Origin: Chiloscyllium plagiosum | Lineage: Eukaryota | Assembly (NCBI RefSeq): GCF_004010195.1 | Contig: NC_057757.1 | Span: 8,519,458-8,583,457, forward strand | Direction of reading: 5' to 3' | DNA: 64,000 bases | Position numbers and translations under genes: made by a program | The notes under the pieces: generated by a model | The model's database searches: none | What the model was told of the DNA's origin: nothing | Seen by the model: the letters and a program-made list of their open reading frames with translations, nothing else | In this document: positions 51,240-64,000 of the stretch, piece after piece | Layout of the letters: the number at the start of each line of letters is the position of its first letter | How positions within the stretch are numbered: the stretch's first letter is position 1

Positions 51240-53627
51240 TGAGTCATAGAGTCAGAGATGTATAGCATGGAAACAGACCCTTCGGCCCAACCCATCCATG
51301 CTGAACAGATATACCAACACAATCCAGTCCCACCTGCCAGCACGCTTCCCATATCCCTCCAAACCTTACCTATTCATATACCCATCCAAATGCCTATTAA
51401 ATGTTGCAATTGTACCAGCCTCCACCACTTCCTCTGGCAACTCATTCCACACATGTATCACCCTCTGTGTGAAAAAATTGCCCGGTAGGTATCTTTTGTA
51501 TCACCTTAAACCTATGCCCTCTAGTTCAGGACTTCCCCCCACCCCCCGGAAATACGTTGCATATTTACCCTATCCATGCCCCTCATAATTTTGTAAACAT
51601 CTATAAGGTTACCCCTCAGCCTCTGACGCTCCAGGGAAAACAGCTCTAGCATGTTCAGCCTCTCCCTACAGCTCAAATCCTCCAACCCTGGGGACATCCT
51701 TGTAAATCTTTTCTAAAACCTTTCAAGTTTCACAATATCTTTCCGATAGAAGGAGACCAGAATTGCATGCAATATACCAACTGTGTCCTAACCAATGTCC
51801 TGTACAGCCGCAACATGACCTCCCACCTCTTGAACTCAATACTGTAACCAATAAAAGAAAGCATACCAAACACCTTCTTCACTATCCTATCGACCTGCGA
51901 CTCGACTTTCAAGCAGATATTAATCTGCACTCCAAAGTTTCTTTGTTCAGCAACACTCCCTTAGACCTTGCCATTAAGTGTATAAAATGCAACACCTCAC
52001 CTTGATCTGAATTAAACTCCATCTGCCACTTCTCAGCTTATTGGCCCATCTGGTCAAGATCCTGTTGTAATCTGAGGTAACCCTCTTTGCTATCCATCAC
52101 ACCTCCAACTTTGGTGTCATCTGCAAACTTACTAACTGTATCTCTTATGCTTGCATCTCAATCATTTATGTAAATGACAAAAAGTAGAGGACCTAGCACC
52201 TATCTTTGTGGTACTCCACTGGTCATAGGCCTCCAGTCTGAAAAACAATCCTCCTCCACCACCCTCTGTCTTCTACCTTTGGTCCAGTTCTGTATCCAAA
52301 CGGATAGTTCTCACTGCATTCCGTGAGATCTAACCTTGCTAATCAGTCTCCCATGGGGAACCTTGTCGAACGCCTTACTGAGTCCATATAGATCACATCT
52401 CCTACTCTGCCCTCATCAATCTTCTTTGTTACTCCCTCAAAAAACTCAATTAAGTTTGTGAGACATGATTTCCCCACACAAAGCCATGTTGACTATCCCT
52501 AATCAGTCCTTGTCTTTCCAAATACATGTACATCCTGTCCCTCAGGATTCCCTCCAAGACCTTGCCCACCACCGACTTCAGTCTCACTGGACTATAGTTC
52601 TCTGGCTTGTCCTTACCACCCTTCTTAAATAGTGGCACCACGTTAGCCAACCTCCAGTCTTCCGGTAACTCACCTGTGACTATCGATGATACAAGTATCT
52701 CAGGAAGAGGCCCAACAATCACTTCTCTGGGTACACCTGATCAGTTCCTGGGGATTTATCCATCTTTACCCGTTCCAAGACATCCAGCACTTCCTCCTCT
52801 GTAATATGGACATTATTCAAGATATCACCATCTACGTCCCTACAGTGTCTATCTTCCATATCCTTTTCCATAGTAAAGACTGCTGAAAAATAGTTAGTAT
52901 CTCCCCCATTTACTGCGGCTCCACACAAAGGCTGCCTTGCTGATCTTTGAGGGGCCCTATTCTCTCCCCGGTTACCCTTTTATCCTTAATGTATTTGTAT
53001 AAACTCTTTGTATTCTCCTTAATTCTATTTGCCAACACTATCTCATGTCCACTTTTTGCCCTCCTGATTTCCCTCTTAAGTATACTCCTACTTCCTTTTT
53101 ACTCTACTAATGATTCACTCGATCTATCCTGTTTATACCTGCCATGTGCTTCCTTCTTTTTCTTAACCAAACCCTCAACTTCTTTAGTCATGCAACATTC
53201 CCTATACCTACCAAGCTTTCCTTTCACCCTAACAGGAATATACATTCTCTGGATTGTCATTATCTCATTTCTGAAGGCTTCCCACTTTCCAGCATCCCTT
53301 TACCTGCGAACATCTGCCCCCAATCACCTTTCGAAAGTTCTTGTCTCACACTGTCAAAATTGGCCTTTCTCCAATTTAGAACTTCAACATTTAGATCTGG
53401 TCTATCCTTTTCCATCATTATTTTAAATCTAATAGAATTATGGTCACTGGCGCCAAAGTGCTCCACCACTGACACCCCAGTCACCTGCCCTGCCTTATTT
53501 CCCAAGAGTTGGTCAACATTTGCACCTTCTTTAGTAGGTAGATCCACATACTGAATCAGAAAACTGTATTGTACACACTTAAGAAATTCCTCTCCATCTA
53601 AACCCTTAACACTATGGCAGTTCCAGT
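51240..53627 (-). mobile_element. CR1/HER1 LINE, 5'-truncated
   Basis: GASDHNSIRF, NVVPLFKKG, DSQHGFV, KFADDTK, 3' tail near 51245. Confidence 0.92.
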
Positions 53628-54454
53628 GATTGACAGTCAGGAAGGGACTGAAGGAGATTTGGATTTCCAGATGACATCAGATCAGGGCAGAATTATATTG
53701 TTCTGTAACTGACCCTTTAATCCCATATGCATCAATTTTTCTCTCAATTCCAATTGGAGACCTTTTCTCATCCCCTCTCAGTAATTGGACCCTGACAATT
53801 CCATATTGCACTGTCTCCCATCAATCTTCATAGGATCCCTCTGGGAGAGGGTAAGAGTAAGCAAGGCCTTGCTGTTAGTATTTTACTGAGATACCATCAG
53901 GAATCCCTCCTCAGACCGAGTGTAAACAGTCTCTGCAAACGAACATCCCATTCACAAGATGGAGCAATGTCTGAGTGAAAACAGAGACTGCTGTGCTTCC
54001 CCGGTACAGTCCCAGAGACTTCTCAGGGCGAGATTTTCTGGACCACATTGAACTGATAGAAACATAGATACCAGGAGCAGGAAGAGGCCGTTCAGCTCCT
54101 CTAACCCTGCTCTCTCATTCAGTGTGATCACGGCTGATGATCCATCTCGACACCATATTCCCACTTTCTCTCCATACCCCGTGATGTCTTTAATCTGTAA
54201 AAACATCATCAAGCTCTTCCTGAATCTATGCAGGGACTTAACCTCCGCACTTCCAGACATCCAGACCCAGGGAAGGTTTGTCCCTGAAGGAGGGCAGCTT
54301 CAGATTTGCAGGAAGAACACAAAAAGCAGAATGTTTCTGTTTAAAATGGGGAGAAATTCTGAAATGTGATTGTCCAGGGTGTTCTGCTGATCTTGTACAC
54401 AAATATCAGAAAGTTAACATTGTGCTAATACCAGGAAATAGAAGAGCAAGCAAT

Positions 54455-56712
54455 TATTTCAATGCAAGATGCCGAACAGGGAAGGCAGATGAACTCAGGG
54501 CATGGTTAGGATCATGGGACTGGGATGTCAGAGTGATTACATAGACGTAGCTCAGGGATGGATAGGACTGGCAGCTTCATGTTCCAGTATGCAAATGCTA
54601 CAGGAAGGATAGAAAGGGGGCAAGGGAGGAAAGGGAGTGGGTGTTTTTGATCAGAATTAATATCACGGCTGTTCCTGAGAATACATCCAGTGAAGTTATT
54701 TGGGTGGAACTGAGAAATGAGAAAGGGATGATCATCTTATTGAGAATGTATTATGGAACTCCCCAATAGTCAGCTGCAAGTTGACTGAGGTGTCAGTGGG
54801 GGAGCACTTTGGGGCTAGTGACCGCAATTCTATTAGTTTTAAAATAGTGATGTAGAAGGATAGGCTGGATCTAAAAGTTAAAGTTCTAAATGGGAGGAAG
54901 GCCAATTTTGACGGTATTTAAATTAGATTGGATTTCCTACAGTGTGGAAACAGGCTCTTCAGCCCAACAAGTCCACAATGACCCTTCGAAGAGCAACCCA
55001 CCCAGACCCATACCCCTAACTAATGCACTTCACACTACGGGCAATTTAGCATGGCCTATTCACCTAACCTACACATATTTGGATTGTGGGAGGAGACCAG
55101 AGCCCCCAGAGGAAACCCACGCAGTCACAAGGATAATTTGCAAACTACACACAGGCAGTCACCTGAGGCAGGAATTTAACCCGGGTCCCTGGCGCTGTGA
55201 GGTAACAGTGCTAACCACTGAGCCACCGTGCCACCCCAAATGAAACCTACCTAGACCCATTCCCCTACCGTATATTTACCCCCGACTATGGACAATTTAG
55301 CATGACCAATCCACCCAACTGACACGTCTTTGGACTATGGGAGGAAACGCCACACAGACAGTCACCTAAGGCGGAAATTGAACCCGGGCTCCTAGTGCTG
55401 TGAGGCAACAGTGCTAACCACTGAGCCACCATATGTTCAAAAGTTGAGTGGGGGCAGATATTTGCAGATACAGCGACGGCTGGAAAATGGGAAACCTGCA
55501 GAAATGAGATGACGAGAATCCAGCGACAGTATGTTGCTGTTCGGGTGAAAGGTAAAGTTGGCAGGGGCATGGAATGCTGGGTGACCGGAGAAATTGAGGT
55601 TTTGGTCAAGAACCAGAAAGAAACATATGTCAGGGATAGACAGCAGAGATCGAGTGAATCCTTAACAGAGTTTAAAGGCAGTAGGAGTATACTTAAGAGG
55701 GAAATAAGGAGCTCAAGAACAGGTCAAGAGATAGCTTTGGCAAATAGGGTTAAGGAGAATCCCAAGGGATTTTATATACACATTAATGACAAAAGTGTAA
55801 CCAGGGAGAGAATAGGGCTCCTCAAAGATCAGCAAGGTAGCCTATAAGTAGAACTGCAGGAGATGGGGGAGATATTAAATGATTATTTTGTGTCAGTGTT
55901 TACTGTGGAGAAGGACATGGAAGATATAGAATGAGGGGAAATAGGTGGCGATATCTCGAATAACGTCCTTATCACAGAAGAGGAGGTACTGGATGTCCTC
56001 AAGGTGGATAAATCTCCAGGAACTGATCAGGTGCACACTAAAACTCTGTGGGAATCTATGCAAGTGATTCTTAGGCCCTTTGCTGAGACATTTGGAACAT
56101 CAAATTTCACAGGTGAGGTGCCAGAAGCCTGGAGGTTGGCTGACATGTTGGCACACTTTTGGAAAGCTGGTAAGGAAAACCAGGGAACTATAGACCAGTG
56201 ATCCTGACATCGATGGTGCACAAGTTGTTGCAGGGAATCCTAAGGGACAGGATTTACATATGCTTGGAAAGGCAAAGACTGATTATGAATCGTCAACATG
56301 GCTTTGTGCATGGGAAATCATGTCTCACAAACTCAATTGAGTTTTTTGATGAAGTAATGAAGAGGTATGATGAGGGTAGAGTGATGGACGTGATCTATGT
56401 GGACTTCAGTAAGGCATTCGACAAGGTTTGTCATGGTAAACTGGTTAGCAAGGTTAGATCACATGGAATTCAGGGAGAACTAGTCATTTGAATATAGTAC
56501 TGGCTCGAAAGTAAAAGACAGAGTGTGGTGGTGGAACGTTGTTTTTTAGATTGGAGGCCTGTGACCAATGGTGTACCACAAGGATTGGTGTTGGATCCAC
56601 TGTTTTTCACATTTATATAAATTATTTGGATGTGAACTTAAGTTTGCAGATGGAACCAAAATTGGAGGTGTAGTGGACAGTGAAGAAGGTTACCTCAGAG
56701 AACGATGGGATC
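54455..56712 (+). mobile_element. CR1/HER1 LINE ORF2 with two minus-strand HE1 SINEs (54922-55232, 55245-55430)
   Basis: NPKGFY, QHGFVHGKSCLTN, DFSKAFDKV. Confidence 0.9.
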
Positions 56713-56754
56713 TTGCAAAAGAGAAAGTGAGAGAGAGCGAGAGAAAGATACATC

Positions 56755-57965
56755 GAAACTGAGTGGAATGTAATTAAGGGGATCAAAGTAGTTTATACAT
56801 GGAATAACAGATATCCAGGAGTGAGTTACTGACTGGAATGTAATCAATACATCATTCATTAAAAAAAGAGATAGCCAAGTGTGAGTTCCAGCCTGGCATC
56901 TAGTTGAGTTGGTGAATGTGCATAGTCACAGATCTGTTGAAGTGAGTTACATACTGGAATCCTATCAAGGGGTTCAGGGTGGTTTGTAAATAGCATAACA
57001 TAAAGCCTTTTCAGGTTTTGTATATTTGAGTCCCTCAAATATTTGGCGTTTGAAAAGAAAGACAGACATTATCTCTCATTCACTAGAAACAGGTTCTGGA
57101 ATTTGCATTTTAATCACCTTCAAAGAGTTGTCTTCACTGACATTGCCTTTATAAATAGGGGAAAAAGAAGAGAGACTGGCAACATCAATACAGTTCGAAA
57201 ATATTAAACATTGGACCCACACTAACATATAAGATTCTCTGACCTTAAACCCCCCGAAACTGGGCAGATCGTGGGGATAATTGCTGAGGTTCTGTCTCAG
57301 ACTGTCCCTGCTCTCAGTGTGACTCCCAAATATAAGTCTCTTTCTCCGACTTATACTTTTATACTTCCATTAAATTTGTCTGTACTTCTCTCTGTGATTT
57401 TGCGTGTGTGTGTATGTGTGTATTTTTGCGTGCGCGCTTCTGACTGTGAGTGAGCATATCTGTGTGAGTGAGAGACCGTGCCCGTGTGTGTCCCGTTTTG
57501 AGTGTCAATGATTCCTGATGGAACTCCTAATGCTCTCTCTCACACACTCTCTCACACTCACTCACACTTACTCACATTCACTCACATTCATTCACAGATA
57601 CTCACACTAATGAACAGGTATTCACAGACCTGCCCAAACACTCTCACGTGCACTCACACATACTCATAAACGCACATTTTCGCACACACATACACTGATT
57701 GTCACTCACACATTACTCACACTTATGCCCACTCACTCTCATTTTCGCTCACTCTGCCATTGAGGATACTTTCAATGGTTTTACAAATCAAATAGCAGAT
57801 ATCCAAGAGTGAGTTACAGTCAGGAATCTAATTGAGGGCTCCAGGGAGTTTTATATCTGGAAAAACAGAGTCAGAAGAAAGTTACGGACAAGAATCAAAT
57901 TGAGGGGTTCAAGGTTCTTTTCAGATAGCGTAACAGTTACCTGGGAGTGAGTTATCGAAATGATA
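56755..57965 (+). repeat. Composite module, copy 2 (related to 50694-51240 and 60260-61430)
   Basis: atggaataacagat..gtgagttacagactggaatctaat units, TG tract, tcaatgattcctgatg core and CA tract. Confidence 0.8.
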
Positions 57966-58539
57966 GAAATTATAGGGTCATGCAGCACGGAAACAGGCCC
58001 TTCGGCCCAACTGGCCCGTGGTTGCACATTTCCTATCTTCACACCAATAAATGGAAGAATTGGTGCATCAGAAAATTGGAGAATTGGTGCAGTGCATACT
58101 GAAATTTAAGAATGCTGGCAGCAGGAAAGTCATTACAGAGAACTCCGAAATGGAAGAATTGGGCGAGGGCAACACTGAGTAGAGAACTTGTTCAGGGCAT
58201 TAGTAAATAGGGGAATTGGGACATGGTGGAACTACATTACAGAATTGATCCATGGCACCACTAAATGCAGAGAAAAACTTAATGATAAAATTCGGCATCA
58301 GGAAATGGTAAAATTGTTTCAGCGAAGCATTAAATGGAAGAATTGGTCCAGAGCTTCTGGAAATATTGCACGAGAATTGGTGCATGGCGCCAATAAATTA
58401 AACAACTGGTTCTAACTGATGCAAGGGACCAACAATTTAGATGAATGGAAAAAAAAACGAAGTGGGACTGGAGGGGAAGAGCATTAGTAAATAGGAAAAT
58501 CACTGCAGGGCATCAGTAAATGGAAGGTTGTCACAGGGC

Positions 58540-59700
58540 CCTCCCTCAATACTGATCAGTTGAAAGTGCTGCATGACCTCAGTCCTGAACGTCTCAATGG
58601 AAGCACTCCCTCAATTCTGACACCTGAGGCACTACCTCAGTATTGACCCTTTGCCAATAAGACACTCCTTCAGGACTGACCCTCCAACAATGAGGCACAG
58701 ACTCATAACTTGCCGACTGACAGTAATGTACTCCCACATTTCTGACTCTCTGACAATGAGGTACTGCCTCAGAACTGACCCTCTGACATCATAAGACCAT
58801 AAGGCCATAAGACATAGGAGATGAAGTAAGGTCATTCGGCCCATCAAGTCCACTCCGCCATTCAATCAATCATGGCTGATGGGCATTTCAACTCCACTTA
58901 CCCGCATTCTCCCCGTAGCCCTTAATTCCTTGTGACATCAAGAATTTATCAATTTCTGCCTTGAAGACATTTTGCGTCCCAGCCTCCACATCAAGGCCCT
59001 CCTCAGTTCTTACCCTCTGAACAACGAGGCCTTCCCCATTTCTGACCCTCTGACAACGAGGCGCTCCCTAGTTCTGACCCTCTGACAAACAGGCTTTCCC
59101 CAGTTCTGACCATCTGATGGTGCTGCAAGACCTTAGGTAATCCTCTAATTGTGAAGCACTCCCTCAGTTCTGACCCTTTATAATGAGGCAATGCCTCAGT
59201 ATCAACCCTCTGGCAAAGGGGCACTGGCTCAGAACGGACCCTCTGACAATGAGGCAATCCCTCAATTCTGATCCAATTACAAGGAGGTTCTGCCTCAGTA
59301 GTGACTGTCTGACACTGACCCTCAAAAGTGCTACACTCCCTCATTTCTGGACCCATTGCAGTGAGACAGCGCCTCAGTATTGACCCTCTGACAATGAGGC
59401 ACTCTCTCTCTAAATATGAGGCAGTCATTTAACTCTGATCCCTTACAATGCGACACTGCCTCAGAACGCACACTGCCTCAGGACTGACCATGCAATAATG
59501 AGTCCTTCCTTCAGTACTGAGGAGAAAGTGAGGTCTGCAGATGCTGGAGATCAGAGCTGAAAATGTGTTGCTGGAAAAGCGCAGCAGGTCAGGCAGCATC
59601 CAGGGAACAGGAGAATCGACGTTTCGGGCATAAGCCTGACCTGCTGCGCTTTTCCAGCAACACATTTTCAGCTTCCTTCAGTACTGACCATCTGACATTG
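58540..59700. repeat. Degenerate ~33-bp satellite, with a LINE tail at 58790-58990 and a hairpin element at 59521-59671
   Basis: Unit approximately cactccctcagtactgaccctctgacaatgagg; the hairpin element has a 16-bp TSD cttccttcagtactga. Confidence 0.85.
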
Positions 59701-60259
59701 ATACCCTCCCACAGAACATCCAGGGATTCTTTAATGGAGTTTTCATATTTGGAAATCCTGATGTTCTTACATAACTCTATGCCCCGAGCAGCGTTTTATA
59801 TATATATATATATAGTGTGTATGTGTGTGTCTGTGTCATTGGGGCCCTGTATCATTAGGTGATTAAAACGATTAATCTGGTACTTATTAAGATATGAAAC
59901 ATTATTTTCTGGATCTGTGTACACAAATCACGGAATCTAATGTGAACGTGTCATCAAATATTCGGAGGATACCTGATGATTTTCCAATTATTCCCGGGGA
60001 TGGGACACGGGAAGTGAGGAAGCCTCACTGGGATTGAACAGGGGACATGGACACCATGAACCCACTCAAAAAGACAAACGGATGGATGTGGGGATTTGCA
60101 GATGTTCCGGAAGTGGAGAGACAAACAGACAGATAGACACACACACTGACCATGGGACAGGGTGTGAGAGAAGGAGTTTTGGATGTAGAGATGGCAAGTG
60201 AATGAGTAAAATATTGTCCGGTTCTGAAATCTAATCGAGGAGTTAGGTGTTGGATTATA

Positions 60260-61430
60260 TATGGAATAACAGGCACCCGGGAGTGAGTCAGAGACTGGAA
60301 TCTAATTGACGGGATCAGGGTGGTTTATATATGGAATAACAGATGCCCGGGAGTAAGTTACAGACTGGAATCTAAGCAAGGGATTGGAAATCTATGGAAT
60401 AACAGATATCTAGCAGTGAGATACAGACCGGAATGTAATCAATGGATCATTCGAATTGTTTATAAAAAAAGACACCCAAGTGTGAGTTACATAATGGTAT
60501 CGAGTTGAGGGGTTTGAGGTAGTGAATGTACATAGTCACAGATCTGTGGGAGTGAGTTACTATTGGAATCCTATCGATGGGTTCGGGGTCGTTGTAAATA
60601 GAATAACAAAGAGCGTTTTCAGGTTTTATATATTTGAGTCTCTCATATATTTGGAGCTTGGAAAGTAAGGCAAACATTGCTGGGTAATTGCTGAGGTTCT
60701 GCCTCAGATTATCACTGCTCTCAGAGAGTCTCCGAGATATAATTCTCTTTCTCTGACATATTTCTATATTTCCATCAAATGTGTCTGTACTTCGCTCTGT
60801 GTGATGTTTTGTTTGTGTGTGTGTGTCTGTGTGTGTCTGTGTCTGTGTATGTGTCTGAGTCTGTGAGTGTCTGTGTCTGTGTGCCTGTGTCTGTGTCTGC
60901 GTCTGACTGAGTGAGCATATCTGTGTGAATGATAGATTGTGTCAGTGCGTGTCCCGGTTGAGTATCAATGATTCCTGATGAACTCCTGACGCTCTCTCAC
61001 ACACATTCTCTCCACACTCTAACTCACGCTCACTCAAACTTACTCACATTCACTCACATTCATTCACAGACTGACACGGATGCACAGATACTCACAGACC
61101 TGCCCAAACACTCTGACGTGCACTGACACACACTCATACATCACATTTTCACGTCCAGTGACTCTCGCTCATAAATTACCCCCCACACACAGACATATGC
61201 CAATTACTCTCATCCTCGCTCACTCCTCCACATTTGATATGTTCAAGGGATTTACAAATCAACCCACGAGTGAGTTACAGTCAGGAATCTATTTGAGGGC
61301 TCCAGGGGGATTTATATAAGGAACAACAGAGTCAGAAGAAAGTTACAGACAGGAATCTTATTGTGTGTTTCAAGGTGTTTTTCAGGTAGCATAACAGTTA
61401 CCTGGTAGTGAGTTACTGAGATGATAGAAA
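60260..61430 (+). repeat. Composite module, copy 3
   Basis: Colinear with 56755-57965 apart from an internal deletion near 60680. Confidence 0.8.
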
Positions 61431-62345
61431 TGGGAGATTTAGTGTAAGGTTATGAGTAAAAGGTAGAATTGGTCCGCATCAGTAAATGGGGGAATTAGTT
61501 GAAGGGTATGAGTAAATGGGAGAATTATTATAGGGGTATGAATAAATGGCAGAATTGGTGGGCATCAGTAAATGGGAGACAGGGTAGAGGGGTATGGGTA
61601 AATGGGGAATTGGTATAAGGATATGAATAAATGGTAGAATTGGTGGGAATCAGTAAATGGGAGAATTAGTTTAGGGGTATGAGTAAATGGGAGAATTTGT
61701 GGGCATCAGTAAATGGGAAATTTAGTATAGAGTATAAGTAAATAGGAGAAATAGTATAGAGTTATGGGAAAATGGGAGAATTGGTGGCATATAGGAGAAT
61801 TGGAGTAGGGCACTCCTGAATGGTAGATTAGGGATATGGCATCAGTAAATGGGACAATTAGTATAGGGGCATGAATAAATATTAGAATTGGTGGCCATCA
61901 GTAAATGGGAGAATTAATATAGGTATATGAGTAAGTGGGAGAATTAGTAGAGGGATATGAGTTAATGGGATAATTGGTGGGCAGCAGTAAATTGGAGAAT
62001 TGGTGGTCTTCCATAAGTGGGCGAAGTAGTATAGGTGTATGAGTAAATGGGAGAATTAGTAGATGGATATAAGTAAATGGCAGAATGGGTGGGGATCAGT
62101 AAATTGGAGAATTAGTAGAGGGTCATCAGTGAATGGGAGAATTAATACAGGGTGTGAGTAAACGGGAAAATTGGTGGGCATCTGCAAATGAGAGAAATAG
62201 TATAGGGGTTTGAGTAAGTGGGAGAGCTGGTGGCCATCAGTAAAAAGGAAAATTAGTTGAGGGGTATGAGTAAATAGGAGTGTTAGTATAGGTGTGTGTG
62301 TGTAAATGGGAGAACTAGTATAGGGTTATGAAAAAATGGGAGGAT
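61430..62345. repeat. Purine-rich minisatellite mixing 30-bp and 25-bp units
   Basis: agtaaatgggagaattagtataggggtatg and agtaaatgggagaattggtgggcatc; a related degenerate tract lies at 58045-58530. Confidence 0.9.
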
Positions 62346-62819
62346 TGTTGTGGTTCTGTTCGCCGAGCTGGGAGTTTGTGTTGAAAAGCGCTGTTGAGAC
62401 ATGTTTCCCTCTCCTGTGCTGACAGGATTCTTGATCCATAACTGAATCTTTCTCTGTTCCTATCCCCAGGTTAACATTGTACCATTTAGTCTGCATTGTC
62501 CCTCCTCAGTCTTTGGAGAGTTAGTGCTGACTCAATGAGCCAGAAGGCCTTTCTCGGCATTGCAGGAATGAACATAAATTGATTTATGAATAATCTTGAC
62601 CGCACCACAATTATAAAAGTGAGGGCTAACTGCGGCTGGGTGGGAGAGGGGAGATGCTTGGGTGATTTGAGAAACTGGTGCTCTCTGAACTGACCTTGCA
62701 TTGAAAATTCAATGCCATGGGAGAGATGATAGCCTCTTGAGAGAATTGCTAAGACCATTAATCCAGAGATCAGTGTTCTGTGGAGATAAGTTTAATCTTT
62801 GCTCTAGTGGTATGTAGTG

Positions 62820-63410
62820 GGACAAAGGGAACTTAGTGTTCAGGTGCACGGTTCTCTGAAAGTGGAATCAGAGGTAGACAGGGCAGTGAAGAAGGTTTTT
62901 GGCACATTGACCTTCCCAACTGCGTCAGTATAGCAGTTGGGAAGCTATGTTGCAGTTGTACAGGAATTGGTGAGGCCACATTTGGAGTATTGTGTTCAGT
63001 TTTGGTCACCTTGTTACAGGAAGGATTTTATTAAACTGGAAAGAGTGCAGAAGAACTTTACAAGGAAGTTGCCTGGTCTCAACTGTCTGAGTTATAGGGA
63101 GAGGTTGGCCAAGCTATGACATTTTTCTTCAGCGCATAGGAGACTGAGGGGCGAACTTATAGAGGGGTAAAAGATCATGAGAGGCATGGACTAGGCAAAT
63201 GCACTCAGTCTTTTTCCGAGGGTTGGGTAATCGAGAACTAGAGATCATCAGTTTAAGGTTAGGGGGAAAGAATAAAAGGAAATGTGAGGGGCAATTTTTT
63301 ATTAAAAAAAGGGTGGTATGCATATAGAATGAGCTTCCAGTGAAAGTGGCTAAGGCGGGTGCATTAACAACATTTAAAAGGCATTTAGACAAATACATAG
63401 ATAGGAGAAA
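62820..63410 (+). mobile_element. CR1 LINE 3' fragment
   Basis: LVRPHLEYCVQFWSPCYRKD, TFKRHLDKY. Confidence 0.88.
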
Positions 63411-64000
63411 GACAGTGAGCCAAGGACATAGCAAAGTTCCTGTGCATTTGGCACTATCAGTGCCCAGGGAAGCAGGGAACATCCTAAATGTGCTCGCTGG
63501 ACTCTGGACGTTGTCCAAATAAGGTTGTTTCCTTCGAGTAGGTATCTGTTACCCAAAATATTTCTTCACCTGTCACATGACTAGCTCGCTCTTTACGAAA
63601 GAGAAACTTCTCCTGAATTGAGCTCCCAATAATTTATTGAACATTGGCTGGTAGTGGGCAATATCTGCTTATAGCGATGGACCCATCAATCAGCAAAACA
63701 AACTTCCCATTGGCAGCTCACATCTTTTCCATTCCCTCCTCGATATCGGTCAATTTGACATTTACCTGGGTTGATCCCTTTCGTTTCATCAGCTCCGAAT
63801 ATCACATCGATGCTTTGTTTTAACACGGCAGGCATAAGTAAGATTTCAGCAATGGCATGGGGTATTCATTGATTTTGCTGCAAACTCAGCGATCTGGTAA
63901 CCCAAATAGCTGAAAGCAAATTTCCAAAAATGCTCAAATTTAAAACCAAAACAGCTGCCGATACTGTAGAAACAGAAATCCTGGAAAAGCTCAGCAGGTC

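Noticed and set aside
52947..53426. Hydrophobic 159-aa ORF
   Set aside because: Antisense frame of CR1 ORF2
62440..62760. Possible third GPCR exon (ccccag-gttaacatt on plus; AILSRG on minus)
   Set aside because: No continuing TM2/TM3 homology in either frame

Overview
Eukaryotic, repeat-dense DNA, most likely from a cartilaginous fish (inferred from HE1-type SINEs with (AATCT)n tails, HER1/CR1 LINEs and shark-type satellites). It holds two divergently oriented, apparently intact two-exon rhodopsin-class GPCR genes of the GPR139-like group: gene A on the minus strand (14999/15494 to 10221) and gene B on the plus strand (39759 to 50428). The promoter and exon 1 of gene A are tandemly duplicated. 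The first 8 kb carry two back-to-back endogenous retrovirus remnants. One is a minus-strand env-TM + PPT + 3' LTR whose U3 is a 59-bp array of STAT-type motifs. The other is a plus-strand LTR, PBS(Pro), gag, readthrough stop with pseudoknot, pro, two RNase H domains and integrase, with RT deleted. A decayed Gmr1-like Gypsy element (SCAN-like gag, PR-IN-RT-RH order) spans about 29.8-36.7 kb. The rest is CR1 LINE fragments, SINEs, solo LTRs, Penelope-derived palindromes with hammerhead-ribozyme cores and long TSDs, satellites and two N gaps. Repeat boundaries were read by eye and are approximate. No database searches were run.
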